DNA from: a virus
Taxonomy: Duplodnaviria; Heunggongvirae; Uroviricota; Caudoviricetes
IMG/VR virus record: IMGVR_UViG_3300042922_001018
Reading direction: 5' to 3' (one strand)
DNA length: 64,000 nt
In this document: piece after piece, positions 1 through 9,100 of the stretch
Position numbering within the stretch: the stretch's first letter is position 1
Layout: each line of letters opens with the position of its first letter
Translations under genes and position numbers: made by a program
Notes under the pieces: generated by a model
Told to the model about the DNA's origin: nothing
Database searches by the model: none
The model's input: only the letters and a program-made list of their open reading frames with translations

Positions 1-465
1 GGCATCTCGGTCGTAACGCAGGAACGCCAGAGCGGGACCGACGACGAGAATCATCGAGACATAGTCGCTCCCGGACTTGTCCAGTCTGATGTATTCGGCG
101 ACGGCCTGAGAGAGCTGCGGCGTGGTCGCAGCATCGAACGTCTCTTTTGCTTCCGGCGTTTCGTCGCGGAACGAACCGAAGGTCTCTTCGTTGATGTGCC
201 TCCGCAGAAGCCCCGGCGCATCGACGAAGCGGCGGAGTTCGACATTGTCGTTCACCGGCATGATGGAGTGCGGGTCTCGTGCTCGGCGGAGCCTGTCCAG
301 TAGTCGGCTGCCGTCCGCGTGCCCGTCGAGTGCGGTCTCGTAGTACGCGTAGAAGTCATCCCACGCGTCGAAACCGAGCCGGACATCATCGGCGGTGTGG
401 CTCTCCGCGTGCAGACCCATGTGCTCGCAGACCATGGCGATGCCGGGGTCCGAATGCGCGGCCAT
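1..465 (-). CDS. Hypothetical protein, runs off the window edge (not in ORF track)
   Basis: ATG at 465 overlaps the TGA of the upstream gene; open for 155 codons (MAAHSDPGIAMVCEHMG...) to base 1. Confidence 0.7.
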   Translation of the reverse strand, partial: MAAHSDPGIAMVCEHMGLHAESHTADDVRLGFDAWDDFYAYYETALDGHADGSRLLDRLRRARDPHSIMPVNDNVELRRFVDAPGLLRRHINEETFGSFRDETPEAKETFDAATTPQLSQAVAEYIRLDKSGSDYVSMILVVGPALAFLRYDRDA

Positions 466-983
466 CAGGAGATGCCTGTCTCATGAAAGGCTACGGCGTA
501 CTCCGGGGCTAGTCCGTTCGTCCAGGAGAAGAGAACGTCGCGTGGCTGGAATCCGGCTCGGGCGAGCTGCGCGATGTACGAGGTGGGCACGCCCTTCGCG
601 TGGAGGTCGAGGAAAACGTGAGCGCTGTACCCATGGCCGAACGCATCTTCGCGAGGAACACCCGACTTGTACAGCAGGACGAGGTCTTCAGTGAAGACGA
701 CTTCTGTGCCGGTCATGGCGCCCTGCACGTACGTCGGTGGGACTCCGCCGATGTGCAGAATCGTGACCGCATCCTGGTTGTGGAGGGCATGGAACCCGGC
801 TTCGCGGTATTCGCTGGCACGAGCCGGAGTCATGCCGATGGAGGTGAAGTTGTTCACGATGACCTTCGCCTGCCAGTCTGTGCGAAGGCTGAGGCCGGGC
901 ATCGCGTCTTCCCACTCCTGAAGCTGCCGGGCGTTCACCTTCAGCGCGCGCATGAGACTGCGCCGACGCGTCCGAGTTGCCAT
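465..983 (-). CDS. Family B protein (C-terminal GVxxEY module)
   Basis: Start MATRTRR after TACCCT-N6; repeats GVPPTY, GVPTSY, final WTNGLAPEYA. Confidence 0.8.
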   Translation of the reverse strand: MATRTRRRSLMRALKVNARQLQEWEDAMPGLSLRTDWQAKVIVNNFTSIGMTPARASEYREAGFHALHNQDAVTILHIGGVPPTYVQGAMTGTEVVFTEDLVLLYKSGVPREDAFGHGYSAHVFLDLHAKGVPTSYIAQLARAGFQPRDVLFSWTNGLAPEYAVAFHETGIS

Positions 984-1037
984 ACCCACAGGGTACCGGC
1001 TTTCGACTCTGAGCGCAAGCCGCTGTAGGATAGAGGG

Positions 1038-1271
1038 ATGGAATGGTGCATGACTGCGGAAGGTGTCACTCAGCTTATCGTGGCTGGGGTGCTGCTTCTT
1101 GTGTGCGCCGCAGGCTTTGTAGCGGGCACATTGGCGAAATGGTCGGAGCATGTCCGGTTCCCGTTCGCCATCCTGATGCTGCTTCTCGCGGGCGCCCTGG
1201 TCGGCATCGCGGTCACTAGCGCCTTGAACCCGTGGATGGGAGCATCCTACGGCATCCTCGTTCGCTGCTAG
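1038..1271 (+). CDS. Small membrane protein
   Basis: TAGGAT-N6-ATG; two hydrophobic stretches. Confidence 0.6.
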   Translation: MEWCMTAEGVTQLIVAGVLLLVCAAGFVAGTLAKWSEHVRFPFAILMLLLAGALVGIAVTSALNPWMGASYGILVRC

Positions 1272-1654
1272 CGGGAGAGGCTGAGAGCGTACTCTACGGG
1301 TACGGCGTCTTCCCAGAAGCGGATAGTGTCTTCGGGGCCGATGCCCGCACGCATCAGTGCGTGCGCGTACACAGCCGGGATGCCTTCGCGAACGAGCACG
1401 TTGTGGTACTCGATGACTTCCTGGTAGCTCTGGACGACGTGGAATCGGTACGCCCCGCCGGTCTCGTACAGGTCGGCGATGAACGTGGGCGTGATGCCGT
1501 GCGCCCGATAAGCGCTGATGACTTTCCGGAGTTCCTTGTCGTCCACGTTTTGCAGATTGCCTGCCGCTCGGAACCAGGCTTGAAGCTCCCGAGCGGGGAC
1601 GCCGACGAGGAAGGCCCGGAAGCGGAAGGTGGGCGAGAGTCGGTCACCGGTCAT
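1268..1654 (-). CDS. Family B protein
   Basis: GIPAVYA...FWEDAVPVEYALSL at C-terminus. Confidence 0.8.
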   Translation of the reverse strand: MTGDRLSPTFRFRAFLVGVPARELQAWFRAAGNLQNVDDKELRKVISAYRAHGITPTFIADLYETGGAYRFHVVQSYQEVIEYHNVLVREGIPAVYAHALMRAGIGPEDTIRFWEDAVPVEYALSLSR

Positions 1655-2111
1655 CGAGGGAGCCTCCGACGATGTCGAGCGCGTAGTTGAGGGGTGTGCC
1701 GCGAGCGAGCGACTGGTACAGCGGTGTGTACCAACCTTCCTGCCACGCGCGGTCGAGTGCGTTCGCCGTCATGCCTCCTTTGAGGAGGACGGGGAGCTTC
1801 TCAATGGCTTCCGCTACGCCTTCGACTCGGCCGCTTTCCCGGAAGACCCGCGAGGTGACACCGAGGCAACCGATGTTGACCCAGGCTCGGACGACGGACG
1901 CGACGGCATCGAGGTCTTCGATTTGGATACGTCCACGGTAGGCGCCCTGATAGGTCTCGTAGTCGAAGACGGTGAGGAGGAACAGCCCGACCTCATGAGT
2001 GGGTGATGTGAGGTGGTCGTTCATCGACTGTAGGATTGCGTCGGAGTCTTCCTCGAAGAGACGTTCAACGGCGCGGCCGAGACCGCCCCGGTACATCTCA
2101 TTGGTGGTCAC
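1644..2111 (-). CDS. Family B protein (divergent)
   Basis: TATCAT-N6-GTG start; ends RGTPLNYALDI. Confidence 0.7.
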   Translation of the reverse strand: MTTNEMYRGGLGRAVERLFEEDSDAILQSMNDHLTSPTHEVGLFLLTVFDYETYQGAYRGRIQIEDLDAVASVVRAWVNIGCLGVTSRVFRESGRVEGVAEAIEKLPVLLKGGMTANALDRAWQEGWYTPLYQSLARGTPLNYALDIVGGSLDDR

Positions 2112-2170
2112 AGGCTGATGATACCACGACTGGCTGGACACGGGCTGATAGACCGTGTTACCATGTGCGC

Positions 2171-2647
2171 ATGACCGACGAGCTGTTCTTCCCGCCTTTC
2201 GACGCTTCGGCAGCGATGTGGCCTCTCACACTCATGATTCTCCTCCTCGTCGGAATCATGAGTGGCTTCTTCTTCGTGTGCGTCGTCGCGGCGAACTCTG
2301 AGTTCTCGTTGCGCTCCCGACTGGCGGGTGGTCTCACGGGAGTCGCCCTCATCGCGGTCTGTGTCACGGCCGGTGTCGCCGCGAAGGTGGAGGGCGACGC
2401 GCGGGAGGTTCGGTACCAGGCCATTCGTGACAACCGTACGGCATTCGTCGAAGACCGTGGCGTATTCGTTCCGGACTCGCAGTGGGAGAACCTGGACTTC
2501 CCCGCCGACAGGCCGACGGAAGATGAGCGGTTCGGTATCGCTCAGGCGGAGTACGACGGCAAGGTGGTGACGGTTCGTCTCGCATGGGAAGACGGCGAGT
2601 TGAAGTTGTACCGCACCGACGGTGAGGAACTCCTCCCGGTCAACTGA
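2171..2647 (+). CDS. Family C membrane protein
   Basis: TACCAT-N6-ATG; 2 TM segments then LDFPADRP..FG..VRLAWEDG. Confidence 0.8.
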   Translation: MTDELFFPPFDASAAMWPLTLMILLLVGIMSGFFFVCVVAANSEFSLRSRLAGGLTGVALIAVCVTAGVAAKVEGDAREVRYQAIRDNRTAFVEDRGVFVPDSQWENLDFPADRPTEDERFGIAQAEYDGKVVTVRLAWEDGELKLYRTDGEELLPVN

Positions 2648-2653
2648 CTTCGG

Positions 2654-3148
2654 TCAACCCCGGTACGAGTAGCGGTTGCTGTTCGTCCATTCGTTCTTTC
2701 TCCCGAGCGGCGGGATGAGGATTCGAGCGTACTCGACATCGAGACCATCTACCCATGCGAAGTACGCTTCCAGCTCACCGTCTCCGTGAGCGGCTATAGC
2801 TTCGGTGAAGGCGTCCGGCGACGATTCATCCGCGTAGAGGTCGGCGATACGGTGCACGAGCTTCGTAGCTGAGACGGCGTCATAACCCGGCCGCAGCAGC
2901 CCGAGGCCGATGAACCATCCGAGCTTGCTCAGGCTGGGATGCGTGTCTCCAGACGCCGTGTACTCGATGCAGGCGTTCGTCATCGCGTAGACGGTGTCTT
3001 CAGGCGCACACGGCTTAGAGCTTCCCTTCTCCCAGAAGCTGCGGGTGTCGTACCCGAATGCTCCGGTAAGGAAGTTCGCGATGTCGAGAGGGTGCGGCTG
3101 GGATTCGGCCCACTTCTGGCAGACGGCTATCCGTTCTTCAGGTGTCAC
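2654..3148 (-). CDS. Family B protein (divergent)
   Basis: GTG overlapping upstream stop; AWVDGLDVEYA near C-terminus. Confidence 0.7.
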   Translation of the reverse strand: MTPEERIAVCQKWAESQPHPLDIANFLTGAFGYDTRSFWEKGSSKPCAPEDTVYAMTNACIEYTASGDTHPSLSKLGWFIGLGLLRPGYDAVSATKLVHRIADLYADESSPDAFTEAIAAHGDGELEAYFAWVDGLDVEYARILIPPLGRKNEWTNSNRYSYRG

Positions 3149-3777
3149 AAGAGAACCTCCGTAGCGTATTCGATGGGCATGTCGTTCTGAAGGGCGTAGA
3201 GGGCGACGCGAACAGACGGCGCCCCGGTGAGGGTAGCGACGACGGTGTCCACTGACTTGCCCCGCTCGGTCACTAGAGACGCGAAGGCCGTGGTGGTCTC
3301 GATGAGCCACCGGTCACGTGTTCCGCGCTTCTTGTGGTCGGCGTAGACGGTGTCGAGAAGCGGCCGGAGGACTGTCAGCGTGTGGTCTCCGAAAACAGGC
3401 TCGATGAGCTTTCCGACTTCCCAGCCGGTGATGCCCGGTGAACTGAGTATGATGCTTGTGGTACCGACAACGTCCGGAACGACGTTGTGCTCCGAGCAGT
3501 GGTAGACCGCGAAACGTGACCGTGCGTATTGCGCGCGGGTGACCGAAACCTTCTCTCGGCGTCGGAAGGTGAAGAGGTCATCTTTGACCATCTGCGGAAG
3601 GATGACATCCCCGTTGTCGTGGACCTTCCCGAACCCGTTCTTCAGCGCCCAGGCGAGTTCGCGCTTGGTGGCGCGCTTCTTGGCTTCCGCGCGCTCGCGG
3701 CTGGTCGCGGCGTACAGGATGAAGGTGGCGAGCGCCACGATGGTTACGGACGCGACGATGAACGAGGGAGGGGTCAC
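3145..3777 (-). CDS. Family B protein with N-terminal TM helix
   Basis: Hydrophobic N-terminus; ends QNDMPIEYATEVLL. Confidence 0.75.
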   Translation of the reverse strand: MTPPSFIVASVTIVALATFILYAATSRERAEAKKRATKRELAWALKNGFGKVHDNGDVILPQMVKDDLFTFRRREKVSVTRAQYARSRFAVYHCSEHNVVPDVVGTTSIILSSPGITGWEVGKLIEPVFGDHTLTVLRPLLDTVYADHKKRGTRDRWLIETTTAFASLVTERGKSVDTVVATLTGAPSVRVALYALQNDMPIEYATEVLL

Positions 3778-3974
3778 GCGGGTCCGCCGGTCAGGTCTGC
3801 GTGGAGGCCGATGATGGTCTCGATGTGGTTCGCGCCGAGACCGAGAGTGTGCTCCGTGTTGATGCGGCGGAGAGTTGCTCCGTCCTGGAACGCGTACGTC
3901 AGAGCACGAAGCGCGTTCATCTCGTCCTGGGTGAAGGAGATGGTGACGGTGTTGCTCGGAGCGGTGGTTGCCAT
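3774..3974 (-). CDS. Small hypothetical protein
   Basis: Stop overlaps next gene's start; MATTAPSNTVTISF. Confidence 0.55.
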   Translation of the reverse strand: MATTAPSNTVTISFTQDEMNALRALTYAFQDGATLRRINTEHTLGLGANHIETIIGLHADLTGGPA

Positions 3975-4027
3975 GTCTCTATCATCCCTCATCGGGCGTC
4001 CGCTGTCAAGCCTGGTAGGGTGGGACC

Positions 4028-4534
4028 ATGACATCCGACCTTGACCTCTCTGCGCTTTCCATCTTCCCGAACATCAGCGGCACGTTCTGGGAAATCTTCT
4101 GGATGGTTACCCTTCTCGGCATCACGGTCGGTCTGGTCGCCGCCATCGTCACAGACTTCCGTGCGCCTCGTGGCTCGAAGTCTCCCACCATCAAGGGGCA
4201 GCGGTACCTCGGCGTTCTGACGCTGGTCGGTATCGTCGCAGCTTTCGGCGCCGGTATGCTCGGGACGGTCGTGGCGACGAACGAGTACCAGGCGGAGGTG
4301 TGCTCGACGCTCGAAGCGGCGTACGAGACGGAGCTTCGAGACTGCGATGCGCTGGACATCCCGACGGAGCAGCCGGACGGTCTCGAAATCTCGGTATACG
4401 GCGCGACCGACGCGATGGTGCCGGACGAGACCGGGAAGATGGTGCCGTTCAGTGTGACCCTGGTCTGGGATGGACAGTCGCTCCTCCTCGCGGCGACGGA
4501 GATGTTCGACAACATGGAGACTCCTGAAGACTGA
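4028..4534 (+). CDS. Family C membrane protein
   Basis: TAGGGT-N6-ATG; 2 TM; LDIPTEQP..YG..VTLVWDG. Confidence 0.8.
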   Translation: MTSDLDLSALSIFPNISGTFWEIFWMVTLLGITVGLVAAIVTDFRAPRGSKSPTIKGQRYLGVLTLVGIVAAFGAGMLGTVVATNEYQAEVCSTLEAAYETELRDCDALDIPTEQPDGLEISVYGATDAMVPDETGKMVPFSVTLVWDGQSLLLAATEMFDNMETPED

Positions 4535-4539
4535 AGTTC

Positions 4540-4590
4540 TGAATGAGAGAAGGCCCAACCGAGCGAATCGGGTGGGCCTTCTCTCATTCA
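4540..4590. terminator. Inverted repeat between convergent genes, likely bidirectional terminator
   Basis: 18-bp perfect IR TGAATGAGAGAAGGCCCA / TGGGCCTTCTCTCATTCA. Confidence 0.8.
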
Positions 4591-5424
4591 GAGGGCGGTG
4601 AGGTATTCCGCCGGTACCCCCGCACGGTAGCACTCCACGATGTCTGGGAGCGGCATCTTCAGGCTCGTCCCCATCTCGGCGTACCACAGCGGGATGCCCG
4701 CTTGATGGAGGTAGATGGCCACGCTTGCGTCCGTACCCGGAAGCCCTTGCCCCCATGACCCGGAAGTGGCGTCGGCGTACTCGCCGGAGACGCCGCCTCG
4801 GTACAGCTCGATGATGCGCTCAGCGGGCCATCTCGGAGAACCGGTGTTGTAGGTGGCGGCTACCGCTGCGGGCAGCCCTTCGCGGTAGAACAGCTCTATG
4901 TCATCCGGTCCCGAATACACCAGCGTCGGGTGCTGAGCTTCGACGATGGTCCTGACGTACTCGGCTGGGACGCCGCGGCGCTGAAGCTCATTCAACGTGC
5001 GGATGATGCTCGGCTCTTGGTGCCGCTTGTCAAGGCTCAGCGCGTTGAGATACGCGGCGTCGCCTTCGCAGAGTGCGCCGAACTCCCTGTAGGTACGCGT
5101 CCAGCTCACCGGCCATTCCAGACCGAAGGCGCGGAGGTAGACGGTTGCGTGTGCGAGTGTCTCCGGCATCGTATCGAGAAGCGCGATGTAGTTCATGATG
5201 GACCGGATGTCGTATTGCTTGCCGCCGATGGTGGCGCGACTTACGCGATGGAAACTGTCATGCAGCTCCGCCGGGAGAAGCTCGGTGTAGACCCGCGCTA
5301 GAGATTCGAAGTCGGGAAAGAGAAGCCGGGCTACATGGTACGGGTGGAGGTCGTAGTCGGCATACCCCCAGGCTTCAAGAGCTTCGGCGATGCGTTCGTC
5401 GGCATGCCTGGAAGCGTCTTTCAT
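4588..5424 (-). CDS. Family B protein (multiple repeats)
   Basis: GVPAEYV, GVSGEYA, GIPLWYA, GVPAEYL; start MKDASR overlaps upstream stop. Confidence 0.85.
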   Translation of the reverse strand: MKDASRHADERIAEALEAWGYADYDLHPYHVARLLFPDFESLARVYTELLPAELHDSFHRVSRATIGGKQYDIRSIMNYIALLDTMPETLAHATVYLRAFGLEWPVSWTRTYREFGALCEGDAAYLNALSLDKRHQEPSIIRTLNELQRRGVPAEYVRTIVEAQHPTLVYSGPDDIELFYREGLPAAVAATYNTGSPRWPAERIIELYRGGVSGEYADATSGSWGQGLPGTDASVAIYLHQAGIPLWYAEMGTSLKMPLPDIVECYRAGVPAEYLTAL

Positions 5425-5747
5425 CGCGCTCGCTGCCACCAGCGCTTCTTCGGCGCGGCGGGCACGAACGTCTGCCAATATGTCCAGAGAAGCTCAGCGG
5501 CTCGTTCAACCTCGATGCGGCCGTTCTGCGACTCCTTCTGGAGGAACCGGAGAATCTCCTTCTTGGTCGGCAGCTCGCGGTGCCACCAGTGGCTACCGGT
5601 ACCGGTGTAGTCGTAGGTTGCGTGGTGGTGGTCGTGAACGTGTCCGGGCGGCTGCATGCAGATGCTACCGGGTTCGAGGCAGTCTCCGGGGCACGGCTGC
5701 ATGCAGTACCGCTCGTACATCTGCTCAGGTGTGAGGAGTCCGGTCAT
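5421..5747 (-). CDS. Small Cys/His-rich hypothetical protein
   Basis: CMQPCPGDC..CMQPPGHVHDHHH; in operon context. Confidence 0.65.
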   Translation of the reverse strand: MTGLLTPEQMYERYCMQPCPGDCLEPGSICMQPPGHVHDHHHATYDYTGTGSHWWHRELPTKKEILRFLQKESQNGRIEVERAAELLWTYWQTFVPAAPKKRWWQRAR

Positions 5748-5751
5748 GCCG

Positions 5752-6591
5752 TCACCCTACCATGGAATCGACGAACACGTTCAGGTATTCGGTGGGCAGC
5801 CCGCTGTCCCAGGCTTGGATGATGGACGAGACCGGGACGCCTTGCCGCATCCCGTAGTCACCGTAGCTCGCTTCGACGCGCGACGCGTGGAGCTGGATGA
5901 TAGCGTCAGCGAACTCGTTCTCCGGGAGATTCTGTGAGAGCGGGTAGCCGTACGTGTCCGCGTATTCGACGGTCATGTCGTAGGACGAAAAGTGCGCGAT
6001 GCTTTCTGGTTCCCACATCATGAGCTTGTGTCCGTACTCGGCAGGCACGCCAGCATTGAAGAGGTGGAGACCGCGGTCGTGCTTGCGATACACCGCCGAG
6101 TCGTCGAGCTGGAGGCCTCGCACATACTCGGCAGGGACTCCGGCAGCGGCGTACTGGTAGAGCGCGTCGAAGATGTCCGAGGCGATGTCTTCCGACCAAT
6201 GCCCGAGCGTCTGGGGGAGCGCGGCGGCGCCGTATCCGGGCGGCAGCGCGAGGAAGCTGTCCAGGTTGGCGTGCTTGGGGAACACGGGGAGCGCATCGTT
6301 CTCCCCGCCGTTGTACCGCATGAGGCGCATGAAGTTCGCAACCTCAACAGCGTTCTCCGGCGTGGCATCGAAGACCTTCACAGCGAGTCGCATTACTTCG
6401 GGAATGTCATACTCCGTGGCACCGACCTTGAACCGTCCGAATGTGTCAAGCTCGGCGTGAAGCTGTGCGGGGACCGTCGCCTTGCAGAACTCCGAGAAGT
6501 GCTCCCAGGAGGTGAACAGCTTCTCCGCGTTGGTCTTCGCACCGTAGTCGCCGCCCCACTCCATGAGGGTGTCAAGGATGCGCTGGTCCAC
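5752..6591 (-). CDS. Family B protein (multiple repeats)
   Basis: TAGGCT-N6-GTG; GVPAEY x2, final AWDSGLPTEYL. Confidence 0.85.
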   Translation of the reverse strand: MDQRILDTLMEWGGDYGAKTNAEKLFTSWEHFSEFCKATVPAQLHAELDTFGRFKVGATEYDIPEVMRLAVKVFDATPENAVEVANFMRLMRYNGGENDALPVFPKHANLDSFLALPPGYGAAALPQTLGHWSEDIASDIFDALYQYAAAGVPAEYVRGLQLDDSAVYRKHDRGLHLFNAGVPAEYGHKLMMWEPESIAHFSSYDMTVEYADTYGYPLSQNLPENEFADAIIQLHASRVEASYGDYGMRQGVPVSSIIQAWDSGLPTEYLNVFVDSMVG

Positions 6592-6600
6592 GCGGCTAGC

Positions 6601-7047
6601 CTACTCGGTCTTGAAGGTCTGCGCAAGTTCGAGGGCGTACTCGATGGCGACGCCGTCATTCCAATACTGAATTACATGATGGGGTCCGAGACCCAACGCG
6701 ATGAGCGGCACAGCGTAGTCAATCGGAACTCCGTGTGCGCGGAGCACGTTGGAGACGAGGGTGATTTCCTCTCTGCTCGCGTTGCCGTCGGTCCACAGTG
6801 AGTGTGCCGCGCGTCCGGCGATGTAGGCTTCCATGAACGTGAAGGAGACCTCATCGCGCCAGTAGCGGATGATGTTCTCGGGGTGGATGTAACCGCGGAG
6901 GAACTCGATTGAGTAGGCTTCCGGTACGCCAGCGGCGGCGAGATTGTGATACGCGTCGGCGATACCGATGAGCAGTTCGCCCCGCCGGTTCTTGTACGCC
7001 TTGAAGGCTTCCGCGAACTCACGGGACGCGTTGAGTGCATTGCTCAT
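6601..7047 (-). CDS. Family B protein
   Basis: GVPEAY, GVPIDYA, YWNDGVAIEYALEL. Confidence 0.85.
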   Translation of the reverse strand: MSNALNASREFAEAFKAYKNRRGELLIGIADAYHNLAAAGVPEAYSIEFLRGYIHPENIIRYWRDEVSFTFMEAYIAGRAAHSLWTDGNASREEITLVSNVLRAHGVPIDYAVPLIALGLGPHHVIQYWNDGVAIEYALELAQTFKTE

Positions 7048-7448
7048 GTTTGGCGGCTACTGCTCGATGAGGGCTGCGCCAGCTCGATGGCGTACTCGGT
7101 GGCGAGTCCATTGTCCCAGGCCATCCGGATGACGGCCGGTGTTACACCTAGCCCTAGTAGCTCGATGGCGTAGCTTTCGGGAACGAGACTGCGTCGTAAG
7201 AGCAGCCCTGCGGCGACAGACTCGTCGTAGCCGATGACGGTGGCTCCGACCAGCTTTCGGTGTTCGAAGAACGCTTCATTGAACTCGCGCGAGACGTGCA
7301 GTGTTCGATACTTCCTGAGCGCTCGGCGAAGGCCGCGGCGGTCGTCAGTGTGCGCGGCTTCGAGCTTCGCCCGCCAGGCGACGTACTCGTCTGCGGGGAT
7401 GCGGTATCGTCGAGCGCCCAGCTTGACGATGAGGTCTGCGACAGACAT
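7044..7448 (-). CDS. Family B protein
   Basis: VPESYA, AWDNGLATEYAIEL. Confidence 0.8.
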   Translation of the reverse strand: MSVADLIVKLGARRYRIPADEYVAWRAKLEAAHTDDRRGLRRALRKYRTLHVSREFNEAFFEHRKLVGATVIGYDESVAAGLLLRRSLVPESYAIELLGLGVTPAVIRMAWDNGLATEYAIELAQPSSSSSRQT

Positions 7449-7454
7449 CGGTAG

Positions 7455-7955
7455 CTACCTGGCGGGGAGCGCCTCGTACTGAGGCGCTCCGTCTTCCTTG
7501 GTGGCGAGGTAGAAGCCGTCAGTGTCCCACACGAGGTGGACGACAGTCTCGGAGAACGCGCCCTTCCCGGTGCGCTCGTTGAAGGTCGTGGTTCCGTAGA
7601 CCTTGAAGTCTTCTTCGGGACGGTCAGCCGGATAGTAGAGGGACGGGCAGCGGCCGTCGAGGTCGATGTCGTACAGGTCTTCTGCGCTTGTGCAGAACGC
7701 TTCGCTCGCTTCGTTGTCGGCGCGCCACGTCATCGTGGTGGAGATGAGACCGACGACGACTGCGCAGGCAATGCCACCGAGGAATGCGCTCATGCCCCAC
7801 TGGAGCAGCGTGGTCTCGAAGTTGTCGCGGGGGTGCTTCCGGCGTACGATGAACACGATGAGGATGGCGGCGATGACCGGAAGAATCATGAGCGCGATGG
7901 CGATGCCTGCGACGAACGATTCGTTGGGTGCGGTAGACGGCACGAAGGGAAGCAT
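7455..7955 (-). CDS. Family C membrane protein
   Basis: TACACT-N6-ATG; 2 TM; LYYPADRP..YG..VHLVWD. Confidence 0.8.
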   Translation of the reverse strand: MLPFVPSTAPNESFVAGIAIALMILPVIAAILIVFIVRRKHPRDNFETTLLQWGMSAFLGGIACAVVVGLISTTMTWRADNEASEAFCTSAEDLYDIDLDGRCPSLYYPADRPEEDFKVYGTTTFNERTGKGAFSETVVHLVWDTDGFYLATKEDGAPQYEALPAR

Positions 7956-7959
7956 GCGG

Positions 7960-9100
7960 TGAGTGTATCACGATTCCGTTTGTGCTGTCTAGGAGCGTTG
8001 CGCGCGGCAGCGCCCGCGGGTTGGGTGCGAGGTGACGAGCCGCGAGCTTTGCTCGCTTGCGGGGCGCGCCAGCGCTGACGCGCTGGACTGGGGTTGCGGA
8101 TGGGCGTATTAATTAAGAGACTCGCGCCTGCGGCGCTCGCGCGTTCCGCTTCGCTCCACGCCTTAACGTAGACATCTCGATGACATCTCGTTCTCCTTCT
8201 CGTGGACATAGGCTCCTGCTCGTTCCTCGCGTCGCCTTCCGTTACGTGTGCTCTCCGCTGTACCATCTCGTGTACGCAACCGTTTCGTGTACGTGTGATG
8301 CTTCGCATCCGTACCTTCTCGTGAACATGATGACGTAAGTCTCTCCGGTCCTAAACCTTCCGCACTATCTGAGCCACTTCGTGTCTCCATCATGAACATC
8401 TTGTGTGCTACTCGTTCTACATCTCGTGTGCAGTATCGAACATCCTTCCGAACAACTACTGATACGTCACCTGGATAAGCGTTTCTGTGTGCATCATGAC
8501 ATTCACTTCGTGAACAGGACTCGTAAGTACGTTCGCATCGCAGATGGTGACGTACTCTCACACTGCGTGTGCGTGCTTCAAGCGGAGCTTGAATAAACAA
8601 CGCGTAGCGTTGTACACCGTGGCGCCGTTAAGGTGACGCGGTAAGCCCGCTCTCAGCGCACGAGGAACACGTTCCGTGGCACACCGTTCAGGTGGGGTAC
8701 GGCGCACGCAGTGCGAGTGGTCCGAAGGGGTCATGACGAGAACAGGATGTGCACGGGACGTGTACATGTTGGGCGAAGCCGCTGGAGAAGAATCACCGGG
8801 TGACCGGGGACTCTGATGCAGGGGGCCGTGGAGTGGAACGTCCAGTGGACGTTGCGTGGAACGGATTGTGACCCGAATGGGTTGAGACCCGATGGTAGGT
8901 TCCGTTGGGAGGGCGGGGGCCGCAGCTCGAAACGAACATGTTTTCGACTATGAACCGGGTTCGAAAATCGAACATGGCTTCGAAAAGGCATCAGCCGTAA
9001 CGGCAGTCTCGGCTTTCACATGAGCATCACGCCTCATAACGACACGTCAAGACCCCGAAAGTCGCCGCTCGAACGCACACGGATGAGGTACTCTAGATGC
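7960..9100. other. Long non-coding region, candidate oriT/oriV/ssDNA origin
   Basis: No convincing ORF; lower GC; TTAATTAA; many short hairpins; GACATCTCG repeats; divergent flanking genes; directly upstream of coupling-protein/relaxase-like genes. Confidence 0.5.
8932..8983. promoter_or_regulatory. Two LexA/SOS-box-like palindromes
   Basis: ACGAACATGTTTTCGA (8932-8947) and TCGAACATGGCTTCGA (8968-8983) versus actinobacterial consensus TCGAAC-N4-GTTCGA. Confidence 0.55.

Noticed and set aside
8163-8991. Short ORFs in the 8-9 kb region
   Set aside because: Atypical composition, no start signals, region dominated by hairpins and repeats
9020-9100. Longest-ORF 5' extensions (also 2036, 36106, 44959, 55445, 56257 and others)
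   Set aside because: Downstream starts fit leaderless promoter spacing, SD sites or family alignments better
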